Source of the DNA: Tubulanus polymorphus
Lineage: Eukaryota > Animalia > Nemertea
DNA: 64,000 bases
Direction of reading: 5' to 3'
Assembly (NCBI RefSeq): GCF_964204645.1
Contig: NC_134026.1
Span: 17,270,150-17,334,149, forward strand
The notes below the pieces were generated by a model, which was given only the letters and a program-made list of their open reading frames with translations, made no database searches and was not told the DNA's origin. A program made the position numbers and the translations under genes. Below are positions 26,274-39,769 of the stretch, piece by piece (the first letter of the stretch is position 1; each line of letters begins with the position of its first letter).

Positions 26274-26629
26274 TATTTGTAGTATTTTATGTGATGACGT
26301 CATATCATTCACGGTTCCATGTTTCAGATGGTACTGGCATTCAATCACGATTAAATTGGGTCGAAGACGATATTTTGTTAAAAGAAACCACGCAGGGATT
26401 TACGTATTTTTGGACTACATTCATTCAACTTTGAGCAAACATGTCAGAAATGTCGGTCTGGCGGATGATGATAGGCCTTAGACAATTTGAAAATTCTTAT
26501 ATTCTGTTATATTTTTTTCTTTACAAATAAAAGTGGTAACACATTCTAAATGTTTTGTCTAAATTTGCCATCTTCCTTTGACAACTAGTCTCCTTGTCCT
26601 TACGAGTAATTGATTAGAGAACGAAGTAA

Positions 26630-27600
26630 GCTGGAACCTATACAATTGCCTGATTGATATTGAATGTTGGCTTAAGGATAATATGTTGAAACAAAATTGT
26701 GACAAAACCGAGTCTTTGTTTTTCTGTTCTCCTCGTTATGTACCACCTACTGATGTACATCTGCATGTTGGTTCTGTTTCTGTAGTACCTGCTCACTTAG
26801 TACAGAATCTAGGTGCTATTTTTGATAGATCCATGTCTATGACGGATCATGTATCATCTGTCATAAAATCCTGTTATTTCGATATGAGAAACATTGGTCG
26901 TATTCGTAAGTATCTAACTAGGGATTCTACCAAGTCAATTATTCATGCTTTGGTTACATCTAAGCTAGACTATTATAATTCTTTGTTATCTAATATCCCG
27001 GCGACACAGATTTACAGATTACAAAAGGTACAAAATGTGGCAGCTAGAATAGTTACCCTCACTAAACTAAGTGAATACATTTCTCCTGTTTTAGCAGACC
27101 TTCATTGGCTGCCAGTCCGCTTTAGAATAGATTTTAAAATCTGTGTTTTGATATTTTCTATCCTTAAAAATGAGGCTCCTCATTATCTCTGTGACATGAT
27201 TAGTTTTTATAGACCATCGCGAAATCTTAGATCTGTTAATTTTAATTCACTTTTTATTCCACGTACATTTAGCCAATTTGGTGACAAGTCTTTTAGAGTC
27301 TATGGCCCAAAAACTTGGAATGCCTTGCCTAGTCATCTTAAATGCAGTAAGTCTATTGAGTGTTTTAAAAAGAATTTAAAAGCACATTATTTTAGAATTG
27401 CCTCCAATTGAAATTGTCTTACTGAATGTTCACTGTTTTTAAATTCAATATTGTAATGTTTTTATCACCATATTTTATTGTACGTCGTATTTCTTTACTT
27501 GTAAGTGCTCTGGAGCAGTTTCATTAATCTGGACAGGGCACTAAAACATGTATAATAATAATAATAATAATAATATTAATAATAATAATAATAATAATAC
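26630..27600 (+). mobile_element. 5'-truncated L2-clade LINE with (AAT)n tail
   Basis: ORF 26683-27411 VQNLGAIFD...SKLDYYNSLL...LHWLPV...KTWNALP (post-RT region of L2 ORF2); (AAT)n at 27553-27598. Confidence 0.9.
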
Positions 27601-28114
27601 AATCCTTGAGCCGAAAGGAATCAAATATCTATTTATGATAACGTTAGGAAGAATGGAAATGGCTTTGGTAGAAGAAAAAAGAAACATTAAAACATTTTTA
27701 TGCATTGTGTCAAGTTTTGTGTTAATATCAATGGAATATTTCAGTATGTTGCAACATGAAGTTTTTCAACCAATAATGAAATAACATGCAGCGGCCAGCT
27801 TCGGATAAATTGGCAGTCTCCGAGAAGGACTGTGAGCACATATGAAGTCCCATTGTGACCAATTCAGATTGGGCATTATTTTCAACGTATGTGTTTATTC
27901 CCTCATTTATTACGTAATGAGTACACATTTATTAGCTATAGATTTATAATTGTGTAGCCTAGTTTATTAATGGTGTTTAGTAGTTTAATTTTCTTACATT
28001 TCAGTCAATCTTAATGTAAACAGTTAAGATAAAGAAACGAATTGATGTATATCCTACAAAAAGAATTTTGAATATTTCTTGTGGCAAAGGTTATACTTAT
28101 AATTGACGTGAAAG

Positions 28115-29500
28115 ATGGAAGACAACAGAGTCAGTAGTGTAAGTAACAGTTCATCTACAGCTATGAAGCAGAAACAGGCAGAGCTGCTGGAAAGAAGGCA
28201 CTCGCTAGCTAGAAGACAACAGTTAGAAATAAAACAGAGAGGGCTAGAGTTGGAGGTGTTAAAGTTGAGGCAGGAACAAGAGGCTCTAGATCTAGAAACT
28301 GAGAATAAAGGATGCCGAGGTGAGAACATTAGCATTCGCCGGTCAAGAAGAGGATGAAGGAATAATGAGCGAAAAACCATTTATCTCTGCATTCGTATCT
28401 AATAGTGTTGGTGATCCGTACGAGTATGTGCCCGATGCCAGTTGTCCAGCGCCTGGCCCAAATGTAAATCATCCTCCGTTCGTTCCTGTGACCGATCATC
28501 TTCAGTCAGCATCAGGTATTGATTGTCCTCCATTCGTTACAAGTACAGGAGTCAAGCCACATAGTGCAGAAGTTCGAGATCCTCCCTGTGTTCCGAAAAA
28601 AATCACTTAGCATCCCTGGTTTGCCCCCCAGACAATACGTATATTCGAGATGCTGGCGCTGCCTTAAGGGATTACGCGCAGTTGCGACAACTGGACACCG
28701 TCATACATAGCATTAAACAACAAGCGCTTAATGTGTCAACACCGCTGGGAGTGTCCAAGCCCGCAGTTAATGAAAGTGTGACTAGTGACTCGATAGTATC
28801 AGTAGTTCGTGGTTTGAAGCGCCCACAGGTTGATATGGCAAGTTTGCTGGTGATCCTTTTGAGTTTAGGCAGTTCATGAGACAGTTAAATGCAAAAGTTT
28901 TGGTTTATATGGATAATCTTGATGAAAAGTTTTGTTTTTTAGAACAGTACGCGGCCGGTGAAGCCCATCGGGTCGTAACTGCATTTAGTTATTTGCATTA
29001 GATCATGCTGACATTCCGTATGATTTGAAGAACCCGTAGTCATGCCGAAAAATGCACAAGTAAGCGACTTAATCATACGTGACGCTCATCGTGTTTTAGC
29101 TCATCACAACTTAAAACCGTTACGTATGTACGTACATCTAAATACTGGATTGTTGGGCTAAGGAGCAAGGTGAAAGCTATGGTAAGAGTGCATAAAATGT
29201 AGAAAGTACTATGGCACGAGATGTTCGCAGAAACTGTCAGTGTTGCCCATTGACCGTCTCATTCCGGAGGGACCAGTGTTTACACGAAGCGGTATGGATT
29301 TCTTTGGTCCCTTAATTGTCAAGAGGGGGCGGAGCGATTTTAAACGATATGGTGTTATCATTACATGTTTCGCTACTAGAGTAGTACATCTAGAAGAAGC
29401 ATGCTCTATGGAAGTCGATTTTTGTATATTAGTATGAAATCGGACAATGGGTTGAATCTCTTGGGCTGTAAATGAATTAAAGGCGGAGTTGAACTCACTC
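28115..29500 (+). mobile_element. BEL/Pao LTR retrotransposon relic (gag and integrase fragments)
   Basis: Gag-like coiled coil and FAGDPFEFRQF; integrase LPIDRL...FTRSGMDFFGPLIVKRGRS..KRYGVIITCFATRVVHLE and SDNG. Confidence 0.85.
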
Positions 29501-30110
29501 AGAGCTCAAATCCAACAGGGAACATCTCGCCCTTAGGAAACAGAGCCCACCCCGAATCGCTCTCGGAAGAGGACGAGGAGCAAGGGGATCAATTGTTGAT
29601 AAGCAACGTCAACAATTTTGAAAACGAGCCCTCTGAGAAAGAAGGGGCTTCTCAGGATCATGCAAATGGGAGCACCGTTGTGTCGGATTCGGCTGCGGTT
29701 TTAGTCCGTAGGCCTAGGAGCTCCTCACCTTCACTATCTGAAGTGAAAGACGAGAGGAATACAGGCGACATGCCTTATGAAGAGCCCATAACTGACGTTC
29801 TTTCGAAATATGGGGGAACAGTCCCAAAGCCTCGGGTCACCCAACATAGGGGCTCATGTGCGACGATCTTTAAAGCCCCAGACGACCTTGAAGCGGTGGT
29901 TCTCGCTCCACATCCCGATTACACTTCAGAATGGAAGGAAGCATTAGACCCGGCTGTGTAGGGTGAGGCCCGGATTACCGAGGCTTGGACATGGCTGGGC
30001 TTGGACATGGCCGCCCTTGGAATCGGGCATAGAGTAATTTAGATTTTTCACGCCCAAGGATAGGAAATTTCAGGTTTTAGGCCCGTCTATTATAATACCC
30101 CCTTATTTAA

Positions 30111-31110
30111 CCCTTACAATACCACTACCGTATGGCATACGGTACAAATTGACAAGCTAGCATACCCGTACCGTATGTGATACGGTATCACTTAACCCTT
30201 CTTCTAAAAGGGCATATCTATCAGTATCAGCCGGTGCTGCCATCTGCATAAAATCCAAGATGGCAACAGCCAGGAAAAAACAATTTGGCTGGATGAAATG
30301 GTTCAGCAACTCGTATATGATGCTGACAGTGATGCTGGTGACTTGGAATTTGGTAGTGAACAAATTGAGAGTGACAACGAATATGACAGCAGCAGTTCAG
30401 ATGATGAGACTTAGTCAGAAAATAGGTTTATAGTGCCGGCAATGATTTTGATGATGAAAATGAAATCAGTGACAATCTTTTTAAACCCTGTTGATACGGC
30501 TGTCATGGCAACAGACACCAATAATAATAATGAAGAACCAGGAACTGTCCATCCTCAAGGTCACATATATCCAAATAATTTGTCTTATTTGTAAGCCCAA
30601 TTGTTATCAACACCATGGTATACAATGTATCAGTGTTAAATACGTAGGTAACAATTTTCTGAGGCCTGAAATCATAACCCAATGAGACCCCTTACATCCG
30701 GCCTTCCGACATATCCGTGGAGAAGTTGGTAAATTAGTGGAAAAATACATTTTTCAGTTGTTCTATCGCTTTGAAATTTTTAATACATAAAGTGAGGATA
30801 TAATGGCATACAATTTCAGTTGGAATTGAATAGATCAGTGCATTTTGCTGGGAGACAGAGCAGTTTATCTGAAACTTTTTCGTGAATTTTTTTCATGGCG
30901 GCCATCTTGGAGTATGTGACCTTGACCTCAAGTTCACTTATATCCAAATTATGTCTACATAGCTGGCCCAAAAGTTATCATCAACATGCTATATAATTTT
31001 TCTGTGTCACATACCTTGGTAACTATTCTATGAAGTTTCAAATATACCCCCTATAATCCTCTAAATTCCCTCCGGTACAGCAGCGGAGACACTATGTGGT
31101 ATTGAAAGGG
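30111..31110 (+). mobile_element. piggyBac deletion derivative (1000 bp)
   Basis: TTAA on both sides; 15-bp TIR CCCTT(A/T)CAATACCAC; acidic N-terminal remnant starting MATARKK at ~30260. Confidence 0.88.
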
Positions 31111-32269
31111 TTAAGCCACACAGCCATATAGACACAGATTTAGATCAGTTGAGCTTGCCAATCTCTCAGCCCTTAAGTTCCCATATCCCAAAACAGGCAG
31201 TTAGTGCCATGCAGGCTTTAGGGGAGTCACTGTGCCAGATAGGGTCCTTCCAGGGAGAGCAGGAGACGGTCAAGGACTTGGTCTCGCAGGATCATCCGGA
31301 TTTGGTTCACATGGTAGATCAGATCGCTACTTTGGAGTGACTGTTACAGGCTATGAGCCAGGCTGTCTGCCATCAGGTTCCTCTGGCTATTAGGCTTCGG
31401 GCCTCGGATCGCTTATTTTCGGGAAGGGGTTCCAAAACCTTCGAGCAGGTGCAAAAGATGGATGAATCTAGGGCTAAGCCCAATTTCAGCGTTCTAAAAA
31501 AGTATTTGTCCTACAATAATACCCAGCGAGTAGGCCGCCCTTCGACTGAGGAACTACCCAGGATGCAGTTTAGGACACCAGGCTGGTCTGGGTCCGGCAC
31601 AAAGAATAGTAAAGGGCTACAAGGGCAGGGGAGGACTTACCAATTTCGCGCTCTTCCGTTCAGGGCCCAGTGCTGCCACAAAGTTAGTGAAAACTGTTCA
31701 GCGTCGCCATCAGTCGCAAGGGGTACATCTATTCGTGTACCTGGACGACTGGTTGGTGGTGGTGGATTCAGCAAGGAAGTGCCAGGAAGGGTTGGAGAAA
31801 TCCTTGGCCTTTATAAACCGGTTGGGTTTCAGGGTGAATCTGGAGAAGTCACATCTGGTCCCCTCTCAGAGATTTGTATATCTGGGGATGTACTACAACC
31901 TGGAAAACGGTCTAGTTTATTCAGCTGAACCAGGGGTACACAAACTCAAAGAAGCGGTATCCGGCCTGAATCAGGGGATTCCCCAGCCAGCGCGGTACTG
32001 GTCTCAGGTCCTAGGACAGATGATTTCGATGTCCTAAGTCGTTCCGCTGGGCAGATTACACAGCCGTCCACTAGAGCAGCTTTGGAAAAGTTCTTGGTCT
32101 AATTCAAATCAATGCTGGGACAGTCTTCTCCCAGTGCCTCCACCGGCCCTAGTGGCGGATCTCATGTGGTGGATTTGTAGAGGCACGCCTCTAGCTCCAC
32201 TCAAGGTGCCAATTCATCTTTTCACGGATGCCAGTTTTTACGGATGGGGAGCCCATCTCGAGGCTTCTC

Positions 32270-32271
32270 GG

Positions 32272-32356
<85 letters not shown>

Positions 32357-32393
32357 GGGGGGAGAGAGAGAGAGAGATAGAGAGGTAGAGAGA
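32270..32393. repeat. (GA)n microsatellite inside the DIRS RNase H region
   Basis: Directly visible; lies between GWGAH and HINHLE. Confidence 0.98.
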
Positions 32394-33297
32394 GGTTTGC
32401 ACATAAACCATTTGGAGTTGTTAGCAGTGCAGAAAGCAATGCAAGTTCTTCCACAGAAGACTGTCCGGTCGCAATGTGTATGTGTGGTTGGCCACGGAAA
32501 ACTCGATGGTCAAAGCCTACCTCTTGAATCAGGGAGGAACGAGGTCTCAGACTTTAATGCCGTCAACCACAGAGATCCTTCTATGGGTTCAGGTGTAGGG
32601 GATTTCGCTATCAGTATCCCATCTAGCAGGAAAATTAAATGCGGTGGCTGATCAGTTGTCGCGTCAGGACAAGCCGATTGCCACAGAGTAGAAACTGTCT
32701 CAGCCGGTAGCGGCTCGAGTCAGGTCACTGATAGGTTGGCCAAATCTAGACCTGTTTGCTACCAGGTTCAACACCAGGTGCCCAGTGTCCGTCTGCCCAT
32801 TCCCAGACGACTGGGCATAGGCCGTGGATGCGCTCTCATAGAGTGGGACAACGTTCATGCCTACGCTTATCCCCCTGTCCCCCTGATAAATCAGGTGTTG
32901 GAGCGGGTGGCAAGTGGTCCTCGTGGCACCATGCTGGACAGCTCAGACTTGGTTCCCAAGACTTCTGTTCCCAGTGTTGCCAGCATCTAGCTATAATATT
33001 TCCGGAAATCTTTCTGGTATTTCTCTTGAGTTACACAAGGGAAGTAGTGTCCAAGGTTCCTAATTGTGCCCTATAGAGACTTGTCTTAATCAAATCGGGT
33101 AGTTTAGAATCTTTAAGGAAACTATGCCTGACCGACGGGGCTAAATTTGCCTGAAGCCTAATAGCCAGAGGAACCTGATGGCAGACAGCCCGGCTCATAG
33201 CCTGCAACAGTCACTCCAAAGTAGCGATCTGATCTGCCATGGCCTATTTTGCTAGAACGGAAGTTTCAATTGCCGCAGTGAATTTACTTCAATTTTT

Positions 33298-33516
33298 TGG
33301 AATTCCTCAAGGGTTATATGATTAACGACTAAACACTTTACGATTTAAGAGTTGCTTTTTACGAGTTATACGACTGAACTTTTTACGATTTACGAGTTTA
33401 CTTTTTATGAGTTACGACTAACTTTTTTTGAGTTACTAGAGCAACTGCTATTTTGACCTTATAGGCTAGCAATATGCAAGTAACTCATAAGTTGTTTGAC
33501 CCTTGAGGAATTCCAT
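33298..33516. mobile_element. MITE with 16-bp TIR TGGAATTCCTCAAGGG
   Basis: Inverted termini with internal TTTTACGA-rich repeats. Confidence 0.75.
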
Positions 33517-34132
33517 ACTGAGCAGAAGGGAAACAGATGTTGTAAGTTTTTCAGGATGGCTTCTTATATAGGCCTATATTATGATGGGTTGATTCTCCTT
33601 AAACTTTTCATATATGAAAAGTTCAAGCTACTTAGAAAACATATATGTTTTCTAGACAATATTTGAGTCGACTGGTCGACCCCCACCGATTTTGGATTAT
33701 AAGCTGTATGCCGATTGTGCCCTAAGAATTTCGATTTCAATTGTCACTGGAAGCGACATAGGGTTTACAGTTGTCACCTTCCAACTCGACAAATCGCCAT
33801 TTTTATGTCGATTTGAATATGAATATGTCGATGACAGTTTTACGACAAATTTCGTTTTGTCCCCCATGTTCCACATGAGAATTAGTATGACGACACGTGT
33901 GAAGATAAGATGAGCGTCGATTTGTCGCGAGGAAAATGTCATGTTTGGACAGCTGACCTTGAGTGTTTGCCACCCAGTTAACTAGCCTCCATACTCTTTT
34001 GCCATAAATTTATAATGAGATCATGGGAAATAGGTGTGTTTAAAAAGATATGTTTTAAGATTTGATATGTTTAGAGAAACATTGTAGCCTGCAATAGGTA
34101 AATAAAAAATTCCTATTGATTGACCTACTTAC

Positions 34133-34206
34133 CTGCTGTCGGCAAACTGGACATCTCATGGCACCAATCCAAGATCCGTGGTGCCAATAGGCCAAAATAC
34201 AGTTAC
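34133..34206 (-). CDS. RNF170: RNF170-like exon with the C-terminal half of the RING
   Basis: 74-nt AG/GT-bounded exon, phase-compatible with the previous one: (G)NCILAYWHHGSWIGAMRCPVCRQQ, resembling RNF170 [22 protein letters not shown]. Confidence 0.92.
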
Positions 34207-35131
34207 CTGCAAATAAGAAACATACATTGATATGAAGAAAAATTAATTTTCACTATGCAAGCCCTAAATATAAACCTCTTCTAATACCAAGTATGGAACT
34301 TCCTTCATCATATCAAAACTTACAAGTTTAACTAGAACTAGAGCTATACTAGCAATAGCCTTCAGCCGATAAAATATTCTAATAAAAGACCTATGGTCTT
34401 GTAGCTCACCTGACCATTAACTAATAGGTGTACACAGTTAAAGGGCAAATGCTGTCAAAAATGAACTTTCCGCGATTTCATTACCAGAAGAAAGTTAAGT
34501 ACAAATATAGCTGCAATGCAGCGATAACGGGATTCTGCGATTGGCGTACAGGGATGCGTGCAAAAATTTCACCGAAATCAGTTCATAAGGATTTTTTACT
34601 GAGCGCCATTCGGTGAATGGTCGACTCGATTCATGTAAAGAGTTTAGGTTAACGTCTAAGACACCGGTTTATCGAAACCGGTTTATAAACCGGTATGAAC
34701 GAAGGTGATTTCCCGGCAGACCAAAAAGATTCATGTAAACCGATTTCAAACAAATGCGCCTTAGGCCTACCTGACAATATTACCAATCTTGCATAACTCG
34801 GCAGTATTTTTGAAGAGTACAATCGCATTATTTTTTGTGCGTCTGCAATTCATGGTGAAATATCACCTACAATGCAATTGTATGAATCGACACGATCGCA
34901 AAGAATCGCATTATTTTTGAGTGTCTGTGATTGTAAAATATCACCGACAAGTGCACAACGTATCTGAATCCATACTGCGAGGAAAAATCAGTTTCTCCGC
35001 AAACATATTCCGTTATCAAAATATAGCATTTTGGTATACATTCTGGGATCATTACCAAAACTTTTATAAAATAAGTGAACCAATTTCACTGTAATTGCCA
35101 TGTTAATATTTAAATGCTGATTGTTTATAAA

Positions 35132-38100
35132 TAGGCACTTGCACAAGTCGCAACAATCGAGTGACTCGGGGTAATAAAAATCATTCCCAACAATATCGCT
35201 GATTTTTTTACAGTCTCTGGAGACTTACAATTGAAAATCACACTGAAATCGCGTTTTTCAACGTAAATCTACGAGATTTTGTATGCGCATGCGCGTAATT
35301 ATAATTTTGCACTCAGTTCTTGAATTTTTTGGATACGACGAAAATTGACAAATCGGCAACAATTTCAGTAAAAAGGTGAGTTTCATGTCTTTATTTCATA
35401 TAAAAGGAGTGGCAAAACGCTTTTGAGAATAGTCCAGACGCAAAATTTGACTTGTTTTTAGTTAAAAAACATCGTTTTGGGGTGCATCCTTGAACTCAAT
35501 CAAGTTTTTGGAGGCCGCCATCATCGATGTCTCAAGAGAGGAAGCCAATATGGCGGCTCTTCACGTAAATTTCGTTAATTTTGACGATCAAATTTCTCGA
35601 TAAGAAAAATGATTTAAGCATTCATTCTTATTCTTTATTGGTATATGACTAAGGGGTACTTATCTATAGGCCTAATTGATGTCTCATTTGTGTATTTTCA
35701 TGTGAGAAAACATATTTTTTTCGCTTGGAATATTGTTTACTAACCGGCTGCTCACGCATAATTAGTTCACGTGATCACAAAGCGATGACCTGATTGATTC
35801 TCTACAATAACATAAGCACGTGGCTAAACACATGTCAATGTTTACATGCTTTCTTCTGTCAAAATAGTAGGGATTTGAACTTATATTCAACATTGTGTTA
35901 ATTTTGTTGTGACACAAGCATGTCCACTGTAATTTTAATATCTCATTCTTTGGCCTCTTTTGACTACATGAGACATTTTTACAAGTATCTCCCCATTGAA
36001 TCATGAATCTGAATATTGGAAAAAATACAAAGAATGAGGAATGTCATTTTTATTTGAATTTTCTTATTTTTTATATCATCTGCTTATACAATTTTGTTTT
36101 TCTTTATAGAATTCATTATCATGGCACAGCGACTACGTGATCTGATAGAGTCGTACAAGAATGACTATGATCCTGGTACTGGTCGACTCAGCCACACGTC
36201 TGTTCGTCTTGGACTAGTGTTCTATCTTCATAGCCTGAATAAGACAGCAAAGCAATTCAAATCAACTGGTGAAAAAGTTAGGAATTTATCAGAGGATTTC
36301 AGCCATTGTAATTTTGATGCTCTGTGTAAACTTATACGGCGAAAAGTTCCGGACCTTGAAAGTTTAAAGAAACAAATCGACAGAAATTGGAACTCTATTT
36401 TAAAGTTTCTGGATGAAGACTGCCCGTGTCCATTCCAGTCTTTGGATTTAAGTGCAACCAGATCTGTAACATCTCAACGGTCATCATTGACAGAAAATCT
36501 CTCTGGGTCTCAGTTATCAGAAGGCCTAGCCGCAGATTTTTTCCAATCATCAGGACTTATTTCCACGTCATTGTCTACGTCGACACCATCTAAGCGATTG
36601 TTAAACCATGATGTGTACTCACCATCACCGAAAAAGTTAAGAGCTGATTGTTCGAGTTGTTGTCATCGCCGAGGAACTGTTAAAAAGATATGTAAATCGA
36701 ACCGAAATTACCGGAGAACATTATGAGAATTAAAGTCGATTACATCATTTACTGCCACCAAAGCTCAATTAGTTCAAGCTGTGAATCGTAAGACTGCAAT
36801 AGAGGAAATTGAGATCGAAAATTTGTGTATTAGATTCAAAGATGCGCATACAGGAAAGGACGATTAAATCTTTGCGAAAGAAACTGGAAGGTGAAAGTCT
36901 TTATGCGGAGATAAGGAAATTAAAAAATCGAATTGCTAAAAAAAAGTGTGAAGCAAAAAAACATATTTCTGAGTTAGAAAAAAATATAGTCGAAATGGAA
37001 CGGCATAATGCAGCGCTAAAGACACAGCTTGCTTCATTGCGAACAGAGTTTTGTGACTTAACCATGCAATTTGAAGATGCCAAAATGGATAGGAGTGCCG
37101 ATTATTATTCAATTAATGTGAAAAAGGACAAAAAAACTTATAGTGTATCATATCGCAAAGCGGGATATAATTGTTTAATGAACCAAGTTTCAGTTGAGGC
37201 AACTAGTCGGCTATTGCAACCCATCGTCAAGGAACTCACTGGCCTTTAATTGAACGAAAAGGCACATCCAACAACTGTTGCTCAATTTGCATATGAATTG
37301 GGCGTCATATCTGAACTAAAAGTTGGTGAAATTTTAAAAGATAATGACAACATAACTTTGGCATGGGATGCCACATCTCTGAAAGGTGACCATATTAATG
37401 AAGTTCATATTTGTGTTTCACGCGAAGATGATGGACAGGTTGGATATGTTTTACACATTGCTTCATTAGCAGGAGGCACTCAAATGGATTATGTCAGTCA
37501 TATCAGTGATTCTCTTCAGGAAGTTGCGGAGACATATGCATTATTTCACGACTGTGAATTTGTTGATGTTTATGACTCATTCAAAAGTCATATTAAAAAC
37601 TCAAAATCCGATAGGGTTAATGTGAACCACTGTGTTGTGACTCAGCTCAAAGAAAAATTAGAGATGAAATTGCTAGAACTGAATTGTAATCTTCATCCCT
37701 TGGATGGCTTATCGCATAAAACTATCACAGTTCTCAAGAACGTTGACACAAGTTATAACGTGGTTGGAAAACTATTCGGTAGTAGTTGCAAGGTTGTGAA
37801 TGTTATTATTGCATTAAACAAAATGAGGTTTAAAGACGGCAAAGGAGACCCGGCTGGTTTCAAACTTTTTATGAAACGTGAAAATATAGCGTTTGGTATG
37901 ATCGTCCGTTACGTGGGTAACCAGTTCCACGTCTTATTCCACTTATGTGGAGTGTACTTTTACTTGCACAAAAAATTACTTCATTACCTGAAGTATGCCT
38001 GTAACAACAATACAACATTGAAAACAGCACTGATTGAGGATTTAATGAACAATCACATAATTATTCATCTACAGGTGCTGGGACTGTTAGGAAAGGTCGT

Positions 38101-39732
38101 AACTGGGCCGTGGATGCGAAAATTGTATGATAATCGAAACAAACTCAGTAACCTGGAGATAGTTCCGTATCTGAAACGCTGCGTGGAAAATTTGAAATCA
38201 TTAAATGAGCAACCTTTAGATTTGTTATCAGCCGAAAGCGATATCTTTGGTGAAGAATTACCATTAGATGAAATTTTCCAATGTCTTCAGGTCATCCCGC
38301 CTCAGGCTGATGAATTCTTTCATGTTTGTAAGTCGCTTACATCCGGATATATATATGTTTTGGAGAATCAGTTGCGCAGATACTTAGTTGGGGATTCATC
38401 ATCTCCTACTGCAAGTATGTTATTGCAGACAAGCTCTGCACCAGTGCATAATATGTTCGCAGAAAGAATTATGGGGACTGTAGACTCACTCTGCCATGCG
38501 CCCAATGCTCAGAGTGGGTTTGTCGATGGGACTGTAAAAAGTAAACGGATCAATACTCTTCAGTGGCTTAACACCAAACCGGCAAATATCCAGGAGCAAA
38601 TAGTCAGATTTGCCATCACTCGTGGACGTAATAAATCTCCGGAAACTTCAATCGGATAAAATTACTATCGAAAAAGAAAAGCGAATTAAGGCAAAGCAAC
38701 AGAAAAAAGACACACCCGAACGTAACCGTGTTACAAGACAATTCGAGGCAGTCCTAGTTTCTAAGGAACTTGTCGATGGTACTGATGAACAAATTCGTTC
38801 AATTATCAATGATCCATCTATACTGAAAGATAAATATATCGATCATTCATGGACTGAGGATGATTACCATGAGTGTGTCTATCATGGGAAAATCTTAAAT
38901 GTGAAATCACGTTAAAAAAAACAAAATTGATGTACCCGAATACACTATTGCCTATTGCTCAGATAATGAAGAGGAGGAGGCATCCGTTGACTACAAACTC
39001 TTGGTTTCGGAGATCCTTACGGACTGGTATTTTGGTGACTTGGTGTTAATTCAGTAAGGTATAACATATGTTTATCTGTTTAAAACGCCTTAAAATAAAT
39101 TCTCCTTCAAAAAACATGAAGTTTGATACCTCACATGGCTATGTTTGGTTTACTGGAGTTGAATCGGAAATCCAATATGGCCGACTTAATGATATCCAAT
39201 ATGGCCGACTAAAAAAATTAAAACTGTGTTTCTTTTACGATTTTACCCCAATATCTGCAGTAAGCAATAACACAATGATATTTCCCTAACCATCAGTAAG
39301 CAATAACATGCTTTAACCATTCTAGAAATTAGAATAATATACTGTGCTGTTCTGATACCAGTGCGATTTGTCAAAGGTCAAGGTCACTATGACCTTCATA
39401 AAGGTCGCACGATTCCAAAAACTTTGATTTATCATATAAGGACATATTATCCATCCATGGTGAAAATTTCAGGCTGATACCATGACTAAGAGAGAAAATA
39501 TGGCTGTTTTAACAAGGAAAACATCTAAAAAAATCACAGTTTTTCGAACTATCGTCTTAGTTAATTCAAATACATAAATCGGCTAATCTTTCAACACTTA
39601 TATAAATATCTCCACTTCTAGATAAGATAGAAAGGTAATTTAAAAAGCGTGTGATTTTTCTTTCTTAGTTCTATCCATCTATCATGTTTCAAAAGCTCTA
39701 GCAATGATTTGAAATTTTTGTTCAAGTGCCTA
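35132..39732 (+). mobile_element. hAT-related DNA transposon with apparent 7-bp TSD (hATw-like)
   Basis: TIR TAGGCACTTG(C/A)ACAA; flanks TTATAAA (35125-35131) and CTATAAA (39733-39739). Confidence 0.75.
36121..39056 (+). pseudogene. Intronless DDE transposase with N-terminal coiled coil, broken by a few stops and frameshifts
   Basis: Collinear ORFs 36094-36726, 36809-37249, 37250-38659, 38610-38915; motifs WDATS, SDR, CNLH (CxxH), HNMFAER. Confidence 0.8.
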
Positions 39733-39769
39733 CTATAAATGGGAAACAGTTCATTGCTATGTGTACATA

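Larger units (their letters stand above)
29520..33250 (+). mobile_element. DIRS-type retrotransposon relic (gag/RT/RNase H/MT-like fragments)
   Basis: YQFRALPF, VYLDDWLV, VNLEKS, LFTDAS..GWGAH, HINHLELLAV, LDLFAT, AYAYPP. Boundaries approximate. Confidence 0.82.

Noticed and set aside
32134-32651. ER- or SL-repeat protein ORFs
   Set aside because: Artefacts of the (GA)n microsatellite.
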